A stretch of DNA of 60,620 bases, filler included, from Sphacelaria rigidula (taxonomy: Eukaryota), in assembly GCA_964200075.2 (NCBI GenBank). It is 2 parts of 2 records of this genome, joined end to end, with 100 filler letters (N's around TTAATTAATTAA, not from the genome) between each part and the next. Parts side by side here need not be neighbours in the genome. Positions count along the whole stretch, not along the records: positions 1 to 30,296 come from CAXNAA020000065.1; 1 more part is not named here. One strand, 5' to 3'. Below are positions 1 through 13,500 of this stretch, one piece after another. The number at the start of each line of letters is the position of its first letter. The stretch's first letter is position 1. The translations under genes were made by a program, and so were the position numbers. The notes under the pieces were generated by a model. It was not told the DNA's origin. It was given only the letters and a program-made list of their open reading frames with translations, and did no database searches.

Positions 1-19
1 CGGTGGGGCGCCCACAAGG

Positions 20-1110
20 GAAATTCACGAAATGGGCCTTACCTTCCCGCGTGCATTTTGTTTTGCTTTTGTGCTGCTGCGTGTTGATCGCGTGGACCTT
101 GCGGTTCATCGGAGTTCTCGTTTGTTGAATTTGACGTCAACACGCCGGAGATATGGCATACCATATCTCAACCCTTCATCCATGACCGGAGGGAAACCAA
201 CAGGAACATTTCAGAACAATTTCACGAAATGGGCCTTACCTTCCCGCGTGCATTTTTTGTTGCTTTTCTGTTGCTGCGTGTTGATCGCGTGGACCTTGCG
301 GATCATCGGAGTTTTCGTTTGTTGAATTTGACGTCAACACGCCGGAGAAATGGCACGCCATATCTCAACCCTTCATCCATGACCGGAGGGAAACCAACAG
401 AAACATTTCAGAACAATTTCACGGAATGGGCCTTACCTTCTCGCGTGCATTTTTTTTGTTGTGGTTGCTGCGTATTGATCGCGTGGACCTTGCGGTTCAT
501 CGGAGTTCTCGTTTGTTGAATTTGACGTCAACACGCCGGAGATATGACATGCCATATCTCAACCCCTGATCCACGATCGGAGGGAAACCAACAGGAAAAT
601 GTGAAAACAATTTTACGGGATGGGCCTCAAGGTTTTTGTGTGCATGTTATTTTTTTTTTCTGTCACTGGCCGTTGTTCGCGTAGACCTTGCGGTTCATCC
701 GATCTATCATTTGTTGAATATGACGTCGACACGCCGGAGATATGGCATGCCATATCTCAACCCTTCATCCATGATCGTAGGGAAACCAACAGGAAAATTT
801 CAGGAAATTTTCACAAAATGGGCCTTAACGTTTTGTATTCTTGATCTTTCTTTGTTTTTTCCCTGGTTATTGTTCGCGTGGATCTTGCGGTTCATCCGAG
901 CTATTTTTCTTGAATTCGACGTCGACACGCCGTAGATATGGCGTGCCATATCTCAACCCTTCATCCATGATCGGAGGGAAACCAACAGGAAACATTCAGG
1001 AAATCTTCACGAAATAGGCCTTTTTGCGTTCTTGCTTTTTTTTTGTTTTTTGCTGGCCGTTGTTTGCGTGGACCTTGCGGTTCATCCGAGCTATAGTTTG
1101 TTGAAATTGA
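20..1110. repeat. Tandem array of ~197-bp units, ~5.5 copies
   Basis: TTCACG(A/G)AATGGGCCT-like anchor recurs at ~25, 221, 418, 614, 811 and 1007; GGGAAACCAACAG recurs with the same spacing. Copies diverge progressively rightwards. Confidence 0.95.
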
Positions 1111-1528
1111 CCCAAAAATGCTCGAGTTACGTCTTCTCATGTATCCATCCCTACTTACAATGTTCCCCCGTAATAGAGCTGGTTTTGGTTTGCAGAGCAA
1201 TCGCAACGGAAGTATTCATAACCCTGTCATATGTGTTCAAGTGTCTTTGCAATGATAACGATTGCTCAGAAAGTGAACGTGTGCGGAAGGGCTTGTCTCA
1301 GGGACATGTAGGAAACGATGTGATCTATGTTGATCAAACATGCCGTAGCGCGTACTTGTAGTGCCCACGCTGTTTATAGAGGCAAAATCCACATCATCTA
1401 CATAGGATCCTCGTTTCACTGCCGACATCTTGCCAAGTGTAGAGACAGCGTTCGGTTCGTCGCAACGCATCGTTCCCGTACACAAGAATGCACATCCCTT
1501 GAACGACAATCTGCTTTTCGAATTGCAG

Positions 1529-4500
1529 GTGCACGACACCAGCGAGTTGTCATGCTCCGAAGGCGGGAATGCATCGGTTGACATTTTCCACAGTCCGGGT
1601 AGCGTGCCTGATGGAGCGGCATACGACACGTACGTGAGAGAGGTGGCTTCATCGGATGGAGGCTTGTTCGAGCACATCATTACGGATCTTGTCCCCGGCA
1701 CGGTAAGCGACTGAAGAGTCGTGCACGGAAACGTGATACAGCTGTATATGTTGTCACGTATTTTCCTGTCACTTACCTCACACGTGGGGGTTGGAACGAC
1801 GAAGAGGGTATGATTGCCGATATTTTCAGAAACACGGTCTATCCATCAAACGTGAATCCGTAGAGAGTCGTATGCTTCTCGTCGGATCTTGACTACGCTG
1901 AGCAACATGACAAAAACATACAACGGCCTATTTGTGGATCTCGAGATGAACCCCCAGCCCGTGAAGATGCGCTTGTATGATGGCAACATCCTCCTTGTTC
2001 GATGAGGGAACCATTCATATTCTCTCCGGTGCCAAGCAAATGGTCAAACATGTTTATTTTGCCCCACCGCCTACCGCCTACCGCCTACCGTCTACCAATC
2101 TAGGCGTATTTCGCGAGAGTCTCAGCACTACACGAGCTCGGCTATGGTGCGCGAAGGAACGCAGATCCCATGGAAACAGGGGCGACGTCAACAGGCGGTA
2201 TGCGCGTGCCTTACCAGGTGATATACCGCTTGTTTACTCGTCATGTCTGCATGGACCCCCCAAATGCTCATCTTGGACAGGGGGAGAACTGAACTCGGTA
2301 TGATAGCAGTAAATAATGATATCACAAGAGGCGAAAGTCTGGCTAAAGCAGGATGGCAAGGCAACCGCCGAGTATCACGATCTCAGCCGCTTAGTCATTT
2401 CTAATAATCTCCCGGTACTGTTGCGTCCTTGACTTGTGGTAGAAGATTGTGTGCGGTGATTCTCACAACAGTTTTTATATGTCATTGGATTAACTCATGT
2501 GGTATGAAGGCTGCAGTACATGATGTACCTGGTTTGACGGACTCGACCTCGGAATAGATGTATCATGATACCTGTTGTATTGACCCACCTCTGTTTGTAT
2601 GCCAAAAACTAGTTTTTAGGCTGTGACGCAACCCGATGCATGTGCACGAGGTTCCGCGGTTCAACGTTCAATATTAAATGTCTAAGCATACCAACATGGG
2701 GAAAGGCGACAACTGGACGGAAAATATGAAATTTGACAAATACTACCACACACCGCAACTACGGCACCACTCAAACTCGCTAGCAATAAGGTTTAAGTCT
2801 CTTGGAATGACTAATGACTACTCTATCCGAAAATAATTTTGTTTCAATGCGCCCCAACTGGTATCTTGGTTTCATTTTACAGGCACCGGATGCTCCTGTG
2901 TCGTACTATCATGACGAGGGAACTCCGTCGCTCGCTCTCACCGGACCCACAAGCCTCCGAGTCACATACGGCGCCCCCCCTTACGACGGCGGCGATCGAA
3001 TCACCGCTTTCCAGGTACTTCTGCAAACCCACATTACACCGTTTTCGTGAGGTCCGTCGCCATTGATTCAGCTCGCCCCTTCATCGAGATGATCCCGTAG
3101 TCTCACGGAATCAATCTATCTCTCCCCTGAGACCTATCTGACATGTTGGTATCGCAGATTGGATCAACGCCCCCATACCGTGTTGATTTCGGCAAATTTT
3201 CTTTGGCACTCATGCCCTAATGTTTTCAACAACAGGGATCGGACGGTCCTAAAAATTCAAGTGTGTGAAGTGTATCTGCATGAAATCGATCCCCGTACTC
3301 TGCCCTAACCGAGTTCGAGATGTGCTCTTCTGATTTAGACCACCGGGGAGCGGCGGCCAGTGAGGGTGGATTTGGTGTGTGAGGGTTAGGGTAAAGTCTA
3401 TGGAACTGAAATTTGTTTTGCCGTGTAAAAGTACATGTAATCGTCTGCTCCAAAGACAATTCGAGTGTCGTGGTTCGTCATCATCTAGCCTTTAAACAGC
3501 ACAGAGAACTATATGCCCAACCATTACATCATAGGCGTTGCCGCTGACTTCATGATCCAATGATGCGGCCGTTCCCTCCGTAGCACGTGTGGGATACCTG
3601 CAGTGCAGCATATATGGCGAGAGTGGGGTGCGCACAACACGGTGAAAAAATGGAAAGTACGATATTCATTATTTGTCGGCGAATCTTGCACATTTGTATC
3701 GTTGTGTCTTTGCCAAATGATAGAAAGATGGTCGCATGCACTGTTTATTTTCGGGTAGCGATGGATATGAAACATTATTGACTGGTGCATTTCTATTACG
3801 AATATGCGCCGATGTACCGACAACTATACGGACAGATAGGCGCCGTGTTCCTCATAATGTGCACGAGATTAGCTTAAAAGGGCACTTAATTGTTTGATAG
3901 TACACGTACTATACTGTAGTTGCCCTCCAGCTATTGCCCGTGCTCTGCGTAAAGCTCATCTTGATTGATTGATTTTGATTGATTGTCGCACTTTAACTGA
4001 CCCCCAGGGGTCCAGCCGTGGTCTCATGATAGACGTACCAAAGGAAAACAAAACTGAAACACTCGCTGAAAAAAATGAGGAACATGAGTTTAAAAAAGTC
4101 GAACACAACAACATAGTAGACTAAGTCGTAACAAAAATAATAATAACGAAAAATTCAGTAAAAGCAAAGCACAGGAAGAAATGGCCAACCTAAAACGAAA
4201 AAACAAAAAATGGGAAGGAAGAGGAAAGTAAAGAGCAACTAAAATGAAATATTCTTATTCCAGCTGATGTATGCCTGAGAAACCTCAAGTGTTCCATCAA
4301 CGAAACTTCGTGGGCAATCATCAGTTATCCCTACAAGAGTCCTGCGCATATGAGGTATAAGGGAATTCGGCTCCACGAACATACCGCATAATATGATTAC
4401 ACTTATGCACCAAGTTAAGCAACTTACCGCGAGAAACTAACTTTTGGCTCTACAGCATTGCAAATTGACTCCAGAATATCCTCGTCGTATCGGTTGTTTG

Positions 4501-7500
4501 TTCACGTCTTAAATGTTTTGCAGGTGCAGTCCTTTCTGACAGCAGCTTGTGGTGCAGAGTCTCGTGTGCAATAGTATTTGTGTTGTGCTCTGAGGTATCG
4601 TATTCCACTCGATATTGACAATCGTCGCGCTTTCCTTCTGTCAGGTGGAATGGGACCGTCGACCAGACTACACATCAGGCGACAATGATGAAGCCGAGGG
4701 TTCTGCAGTTGTCGATGCAACGGAAACTCTGTGCTACTCCTGCGTGAATCATTTCTCCCTGGAAAACCTGACGCTCACGATGAATGGGACGGTGGATTTG
4801 TTCGGTCGTCTCAATGCAGGCAACCGCATCCTGGTAAGACCCGGATGCGCACCAAGCACGAATATCGGCCTGACATGACCACGATATGTCAGTCACAAAC
4901 GTCTACCTGCTGCGATACCTGGCACTTGAAACGCCGAGATAGGGCATATAGGCTGTGGTATTCCCCGAAGGTTTCGCTGGGATATCGGGAGGTATTGGTT
5001 CGTGATATCTGACATAGTAACGCTGGAGGGTTGCTCCAGAGAGTCATGGAACAATTCAGCTCTAACTACGAACAGATATGGTAGATTTAGCACAAGAACC
5101 AATATTACTATACAAGAAACATCCGTCCCATAACATGGAAACGCTCGACAACGCACTTGCATGTTTACTCAAATATGCGTCCCCCCGACTAATATTTATG
5201 CCATCCTGCCGTTACAGTTACCCAGTGATCTAGGTCCTAGACAATGGTACACGCCATCATTTGTCGAAATCTGTATAACTCCTCATAAAGAGACATATTT
5301 CCTCAAGACGACGACTGCTACTGCTGCGGTTTCCTTCATATACCGTACACTATGTTCCAGGTCGGCGAGGAGTATGTTTTTACTGTGGCTGATTCATCTT
5401 CCATTGACAGCTTTGAAATTATGGTGGAAGATCACGGGCACAACGCATTGGCAGACTTCGATGGACCAGCCAAGGTGGGGTAACGTACCATGTTTGAAAC
5501 TGATCCGATCGTGGCATGAAACGCTTGAAGTCCCGACGAAGCAAGACACACCGTCCAATCCAATTCTTGCTGTTCTGTAACATGGTATTTCATCTCATTT
5601 TGCCTAGGACAGAGTATGTTTTCCGACTACAGCGCGACATGCCAGTCAATGTAGTGACATTGTCATAGATGCGTGCACAAGCTCATGTCAATATCCCGGT
5701 CTCACGTTGGTTGCTTTGCAAATTTAGCTGGAAACCTACGGCGGCGAGTATGAAATAGAAGACTTGGAAACCGGTATGTCATACTTTGTTCGAGTTTTCG
5801 CCAAGAATCAAATGGTTGGCTGGAGCGACCCCGCCTCCACCACTCCACTGTCCATGATCCCCAGGAGAGCACCCGAGGTGAGTTAATGTTTGGATTATCG
5901 TTTGTCACTTCGCTGGGATCCAAACGTACAGGAGCTGCGAGAAGGTTTTTCGGCTGTCGACAGTGAAGCAGTTGCTTTTTGAAGGCTCATGGAATACTGT
6001 ACCTTGTATTAGGAGGAAGACAAACGTCTTGTAATATCACACCCAGTGTTCGCGGATTTGATACATTCCAGAGTAAAGGCGTGGAAACCCTATCGAAAAG
6101 CATATAACCTCTTCCCCCACGTCATGAATGTTGACATTACCAAAATATGATCGGAGGGTATGTACTATGCCCTTTTATCTCTGCATATGCGTGATACCCA
6201 ACAGAGCACTGTCGGTAATATGAGCAGCTCAGTACTCCCTATTGGAACTTCTCCAGTCGCTCTCGAGGTTTCGTTGGCTGCCATTACGGTGTGGTTTACC
6301 TGTGCACTTTATCGTCCGTCATTCACGGTCAACTGAGTCATGCATGAGCTGGGTCAGCCTCAAAACGGACTAAAACGTTCACAGCGGCGTCTCATCGACG
6401 CAGACGAATTGGGTCATAGTCCACGCATCTTATCAATGGTCTAATCAAGGGACAGATTTCCATCTACTCAAACTCCCAGTCAACTTATTTCCCGTTGATC
6501 AAACGCCATGCAGAGTACATCACGTGACATACGGAGATACATTAATATTAGAGTCTGTGAACCCCAAATGATACACCGGCTGACGATGATGTTGGCGTGA
6601 ATGTTCCTTGTGGCACGGGGAGGCAATCGATATCCTCACCTTTACCTGATGACTTATATATCTAGAGATACGGCGCGCATAGGATTCCGTACTAAGCTCG
6701 AAATATTTACGAGGACGGGCTAAATCCACTAGAAGTGGATTCCGCGTCGCAGTTTTGAGAGTTGTGCTTTGAAGTTTGATATAGAGTGTCGTCAGGGCAA
6801 AATGAAAATTTGCAGTGACCAAATCGATATACGTATTGTTCTTCATAAGCCGAAAGAATTTGTGAAAAGTGAATATTGCTTCTTGCCCTTGACTCAGAGC
6901 ACACTAATTCTGGCTTTGTAGCTAAGTTTCGAGGGTTGTGCTTTGAATTATAGTATGGGGAATCGCAAAGGCAAACAAAACAAAGTTCAGGAGCTTGAGG
7001 GTTTCCTCTTTCATGAGTTGAAACCATCCTCGTGAAAATGCACCATTCTCCTCGACAGCGCCCTCACCCATGCAAACGAAGAAACACGATGTCCCGCATA
7101 TTACAACTCTCAAAAGTGAGCTGCTACATGGCCTACAACATACAGTTCCATTTCTAGGCTGGTCTAGCCTTGGATTTAGCAACTCAGTTGTGGGAGTTGT
7201 GCCTTACAATTAGGAACGGAGAATCGCTAGGGCATAAAAAAACGTATCTTTGGGACCAGGAGTTTCTTTTAGCTTCACCAGTCAAGGACATTTTTGTGAA
7301 GAATCTATTTCTTGTGTTTGGCCTTTAGTAATGAAAAAAACAATATCAAGGGCCCATAACTTGCTTTTCGTTTGTTCTAGCGGTGCTTCATACCAAATCT
7401 CGAAGCGCAGCTCTCAAAACTGACCTGCACAAGTATCTACAACCTATGGATGATTTTCCACGCTAGCTCAGCTCGTGAAATTCCCGGAAAACAAAATTCG

Positions 7501-10500
7501 ATGCACTCTACGGTAAAGAGTAACATTATGACCCATGAGGTTCGAACTGAAGCACGGATCGTCCCACGTTCGTATGTTCTGAATGCAAACGATGCAGTAC
7601 CAACACTACGGAAATGGTGCTCTTCGGATAGCAAATATTCAATTTGACCCTCATGTTGCTACACTGAACCTGATCTTCTTCCTTGTCTCTTGCAGGCCCC
7701 AGTAACAGTCGAAGCTACAGCGGCTGGATCGCACGCCCTATCCGTTACTTGGTCAGGAGTCTCCGGCGCAGTCAGCGGGAGCACCGTAACTACCTACCGG
7801 ATCGAGGTCTACACGGCATCGCCTACAGTTAGCGAGAGCGGATCCGTTTTCGGACAGGTTGGCTTTATAGTCACTATGGTGTACACTCGGAACAATACGT
7901 ATAGCCATGATCAGGTTTGCTAGAAGTAGGCGTTACCGCCGTCCTTACTGGTCGCTCCGCCCAAGTACGCGAATGCATAGCGTGATTCTTCCATCATCTC
8001 CAGGGGTTGGGATTCATTTTTCCAGCCACGGCTCAGCGGCTGTCCACGTATTATTTTTGGATCAAACACAGCCTTTCATGGTCGGTCGTCGCTTCCTCAC
8101 AACCTTTCTACAGCTTATGCGCTGGTTTCGGTCTGCCAATGCCCCTCACGCACAGCGTACAATATACAGCCGGGAACCCGCAGCGTCAATGCTAAATCTC
8201 GCGATGGCGCTATGATGTTTATCTCCTGAACGTAACATGTGGCCCGCGTTGTCACTCACTGCCCAACTTATTTCGACATCATACTCACTTTTCCTATACT
8301 ATATGCCGACTTCCCTGGACAATGAACTGGCTCATCAACATCCTTGCAGGCGGAGGTACAAACCATCACAACAGAAGGAGGTCCGGACGGAAGCTTCACT
8401 ATCGCCTTCGGGGAGCTAGACGTCCCGCTACCAGGCATGGTCGATGCAACGTACGGGGAACACTACCTCATCACGTCTCAAGATTTTACTCCCTATATCA
8501 AGCGTGGCGATCGGGTGTCGGTAGGGGGAATGGAATACGCCGTGCATGCTTTTCGGCCTTTCAACGCAACGCACATGTATCTTGCCAAGGTGAGGTTGAA
8601 GTAACGGTAAAGAATATTGCAGACGCAAAAATGCTGTCTAAGTTGGTGTAAGTACATGTGCTCATATGCCACTGCAAACGTGGTTCGTGAGCTATTCTGG
8701 AGTCTGAGCCGTTGGGTACTCGAGAGGTTGGGTTTGGGGTATCATCTCACCAACAAGGATCGCACGCGAGGCGTTGATCTACCGACATGATGCGTCTTCA
8801 CGGAACGTCTCAGCTGTTCCGAGAACAATATACGTGATACCGTACATTTGCTTTGTGGCAAGGATAGTTGCTACGCTTCCGGCAAGAAGTGGTGAGATGT
8901 GTCCGAAACTCGACGTCCCAACACTTTCTCGACAGTGTTAGCTTAGGCGGTTTTGCTCAAAATGCGATAACACAACTTTTGCGTTGACCGTCGGAATGAA
9001 TGCGTGCGCTCAGATGTGTGCCGTCGAAGTGACGCTTCATAAATACGTGAAGTCTTGCTGACAGCGCAATTGTTCCGGTGCGTATTGACCTGGTGTCAGG
9101 TCACCACCTCTGGCGTACCAGTGAGAGCTGGGCTGTACGACTTAGATGCTGGCTTTGAGGGGACGACGGCGGCGGGGATGAAGCTCTTCCACGCACCCGC
9201 AACACCAGAAATTGCCCATGACGCCTCTGCTGCTGATGTCGAAGAGATATTAGAGACGTTGCCAACTCTAGGACAGGTGTTTTACTTTTGTGACACTCAA
9301 CTACGTGGATGAATCCATATATATATATATATATGTATATCTTGTTCTTCAGTTTTTGGCAGACGTTTCGTTTGAATATAAATTGCAGAAACTCTCTGAT
9401 TATCTCGAATATTGTGACAAACTCCTCGTTCTTTTTCGAAGTGTGTGTAGTAGCCTGCGCAGTTTGATCTTGAATAGTTGTACACGACTTGACCCGGCGG
9501 ACTCCCGTGCTTGAGTTTTGGCGGATAAACGGGTTGTGATTGCTGCCATTTTCGGCACGAAGCGCATCCCGACTGGTTGTTGCATGCCAGTACGATCTTC
9601 TACAGTACACGGTACCGAATCTTGCGACATAATTGGTCTTCTGTGTTTTCACACTTGCTCGCAGATTACTGTCTCACGCACGATGAACACCACAGAGGCT
9701 GACGGATATGTGTGGAGCATCACCTTTGACACTCCCACGATCGTTGGGGGCGTAACGAACGCTGGTGACCAGCCGTCGCTTTATGTCAACGCTCGTATGC
9801 TAGGGAATGTTACGTCGGGGTCGTACTTCCGAGCTGAGGTGAGAAACGAGGGAAACACAAACATAGATGAATCTCAGAGGCTTTAGTTGTACGGGTTCCG
9901 TGCCAAACTGACGCTACCCTTAGCCACGTGTAAGATATACTGTACGTCTGTACTAAATTGTCAGCTGGGACGCCAGTATCCGTACGACAAAGCGTCATGC
10001 AGTTGCAAATACCGGCCGGTGGCCTTTACCCACACCCCTAGCACCGATGCACCCTTTAGGCGCCTGAAGACCTGCAGCTCTGAGAATCGAGCCCTCAACA
10101 GTTCCACCGGATGAAGGAGTTTGGCCATGGCATAGACCGAGATGGCCGCCGGGCGAGCGCTGAATCGAATTTCTCGAGATATTTTTTACCCAAGAAGATT
10201 GCAGCAACCTGAACCTATGGTTTACGGGTTGGATTCTTCTTCTGACTTAGTGTTACATACATCAGTGTCAGCTGCGTTGACCAAAGTCGAAGTGTCAGTA
10301 CCATAGCCGCACCCAGCACACCTCCGTGCATGTCATGTTACGTGCACCGGTGACGTGATCACCGCCCGCGGTCATATCCAAGCGTCAGCGTGTGCTGCTG
10401 GTCGTGGTCATGTAGGGCTAGAATCTGGACACGCTTCTTGTTTGTATCAATGCACAGCAAGCTGCCTAGCGGACCCAGACTCCCCTGAGATCATGCCTTG

Positions 10501-13500
10501 TCTCTTTCACTCAAGGCAGCAATTCAGAACTTCCCCACCACAGGCTTTTACGTGGTGACTGGGCGTCGAAAGAGTCAGAGCATGGCTATATTCGTTGATG
10601 GATTGGTTGTCCCACAATAACTGATCCGCTATCAAGCCAGCCGTGATCACAAGATAGCGGTACTCAAGGTAAACGAGTGGAACCACTTGCTCAGGGAAAC
10701 ACGAGATGAGGATAACATGAAGGAGAGAGATCAACGTAGTGCACTGTGAGCTGAAACGGAAAAGGAAAGGATGGTTTGAACCCCCCTCTTCATCCTGGGT
10801 GGCGATCCGGTGGGTCTTGTCTTTACTCGGACCGCACGTACCCCTTTGCACTGCCTCTATGTTTCAGGTGGACGAGCAACTTGTGGGAGCTGAACCGCCG
10901 GGTTACCAAGTGTTCGAAGTAGACACAATGCCGATGTATTCGGATGCAAACGCCAGCAGGACATCCGTCGATAGCCAATCGATGTCGTCGAATGAATCAT
11001 ACAGCAGCTCGTCGTTCACATTTGGTGCCCCGTGGAGCCACCTAGTTTCGAACCTCGAAACGGGTGTGGACATTTATGTCCGTGTGTCTGCTCGGGGTGA
11101 CGGTGTAGGATACGGTACCGCCGCCGAAGCCGGAAACAATCCAATTGCTCCTCGCAGTGCACCGGGCCAACTTACAAGCGTTGAGATATCTCGCGTAAAT
11201 GATGTTACATTGGTGGTGAACGTGGAACAGAATGCTGAAGCCAACGGTGCAGAGATCGACCGCTACCACATCGAGTGGGATACTAGCCCTTTGTTCACGA
11301 ACGTTCCTCGAGGTGATTTGTCTCTTGCACCGGACTACCACATCCAGGCCGTGCGAGTTAACGCTTGGCAACGAGGGTGGACGAGCAATTCGACCTTTTC
11401 GCTCTCTTTGTTTGATTTCGGCGGGGCATACACTGCACGCCTCGGTGGCCTGGACAGCAACGATCTTCCTACTTTTGTGTCCATTGCTGAGGGTACCAAC
11501 GTGATCAATCGAACAACACCCAACATAACTGAAGGATTCGGAGATGCACCGCTCTACAAACACGTGCCACGCGGGGGATTTGTAGAGGTGGGCGAGCAAT
11601 CGTTTCGAATTTGCCTGAACGGCGACAGTGCATACGACTCCAACACCCTTACACTTTGTTCTGTGGACAACGCATACGAGCCAACATATTTCGTCGGTGC
11701 AGCAACGAAGTACGACAACACTCTCACACGAACTTCTGCCTATGTGCTCGATACTGCTATCGGTTCGGCCTTCAGACTAGCCGAGGGTGATACGGTGTTG
11801 CGGACGTATAATGGACCAGACAGTAACGTGACAATCAACGATCTTACGTCCGTTTTGACGCGCGGAGATCACGTCCGACTTGGTCACCCCGAGTTGGGTC
11901 GTGTGTTCACAGTGTGCGCCGGTGACGGTACCAGTAGTGCCGGCGTTGACTTCAACTCGACATCGCTGCCACTGTGTGCCAGCGATGATCCTACTGAGAG
12001 AGTTTCCGTTTTGGAGGGGGATATCCTGTCTGCCACATACGAGATTCAGGAATTCGGTGTTTGGGTCAACACATCAGGGGCTACCTCAAACGACACGGGG
12101 AATCTCGGATATAGAATCGTATTTGGGGATGAAACGTCCGCACAATCTAATGCCGGAGGGAGTGCTGGTTGCCTTCTCTTCTCAGCTTCTGCTGCACAGG
12201 TGAGAACAGTTTACCCTAAACATTTTGGAATATCTTTTCAGTCTGTGGTCTGTGAAACGGAAGGCTTTTTTCAGTATAGGTATGTCCAACCTGTGGAATG
12301 TTGTACCCGAGAGCAACCATGCGTAATGATCATGCCGGGGCAGATGTTTTGTGCTTTTATTCGAGGCCGTTAACCATTGTTGGCAACCTTCACGCATACG
12401 GTATAACGTGATATTTTGGTTTTTCTCGAGGAGAATTGTGACAAAATCCACCATGAAAGGTACATGAGCGTTGAACCCTACTGTATGCTGTGATCGAATA
12501 TTAGTTGCCGTCGTTGGTGACATTCAAGAGCTGCGCTGTCGACGTGACATTTTCCATCGCAGGTTGAAGCCGAAATCGAGGCATTCGGTGCGGTGGACGA
12601 TGTAACAGTCGCACGGTCTTTCAACACGTCTATCGATGAGTATGACGTGTACAAGTACACTGTATCGTTCGTTGGATCAGCTGTAGCGGGGAATGTGCCT
12701 CAGATAGGAGTGGTGGACATCGGATCAAACGGGTGTGGAGAACTCACGAACGGTACAACCGGGGCGGTAGCGCAGACAACAGTGCAGAATTCCTTCATCC
12801 CCATCTACAGAGTGCAGAACACGGAGGATATCGCGTACAACGCGGAGTCCGCCGACGTGAAAGCAGCAATCGAGTCCTTAACCGGCACTTGCAAAGTGGA
12901 TGTATCCCGCAGTGTTCGCGGCCATGGCTACGAATGGTTGGTAACGTTCTCTGATGACGGACACGACCGACTTCTCCGCGTGATGCGCCCCAACAGCATT
13001 CTTTTGGACAACGTTGCAAGTTACGTCACCCCACAAGCCGAAATCATGCCTATTCTTCGAGTGGATCTTTCAACCCCGAAATCGGGTGTGCCGTACTATG
13101 TTCGCGCCACAGCGGTCAATGCCGTCGGACCAGGACGCGCACGCACTTCTTCCCCGTCCTCATTACAGCCGGCACCCCAGCCCCCCGGCGCCCCAAGATT
13201 TACTACGATGGCAGCTATTTCAGACACACAGGTGTATATTCAGTGGGAGTCACCGTTGTCAGATGGAGGTAAAAGCGTGACTGAATATGCAGTGGAGTGG
13301 GACACAGCGGAAACGTTTGATTCAGGGTATGACGGAGCCGCAGACGGTTCGGCGGTGGTGAATGCTAACGATCAAGCGTCCGTGGCCGATGTGCAAGCAA
13401 TTCGAGTGTCCATCGATACTGGACTGTATTTGTCGGGGTCGTTTGTTGTCGAGTATGACGGCCAGCGTACCAACGCCATCGTGTTCGATGCATCTGCTGC

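Noticed and set aside
20-1110. Repeated ORFs (MGLTFPRAF…) or a CRISPR array
   Set aside because: The ORFs are by-products of the 197-bp tandem unit with frameshifting T-runs; there is no repeat-spacer structure.
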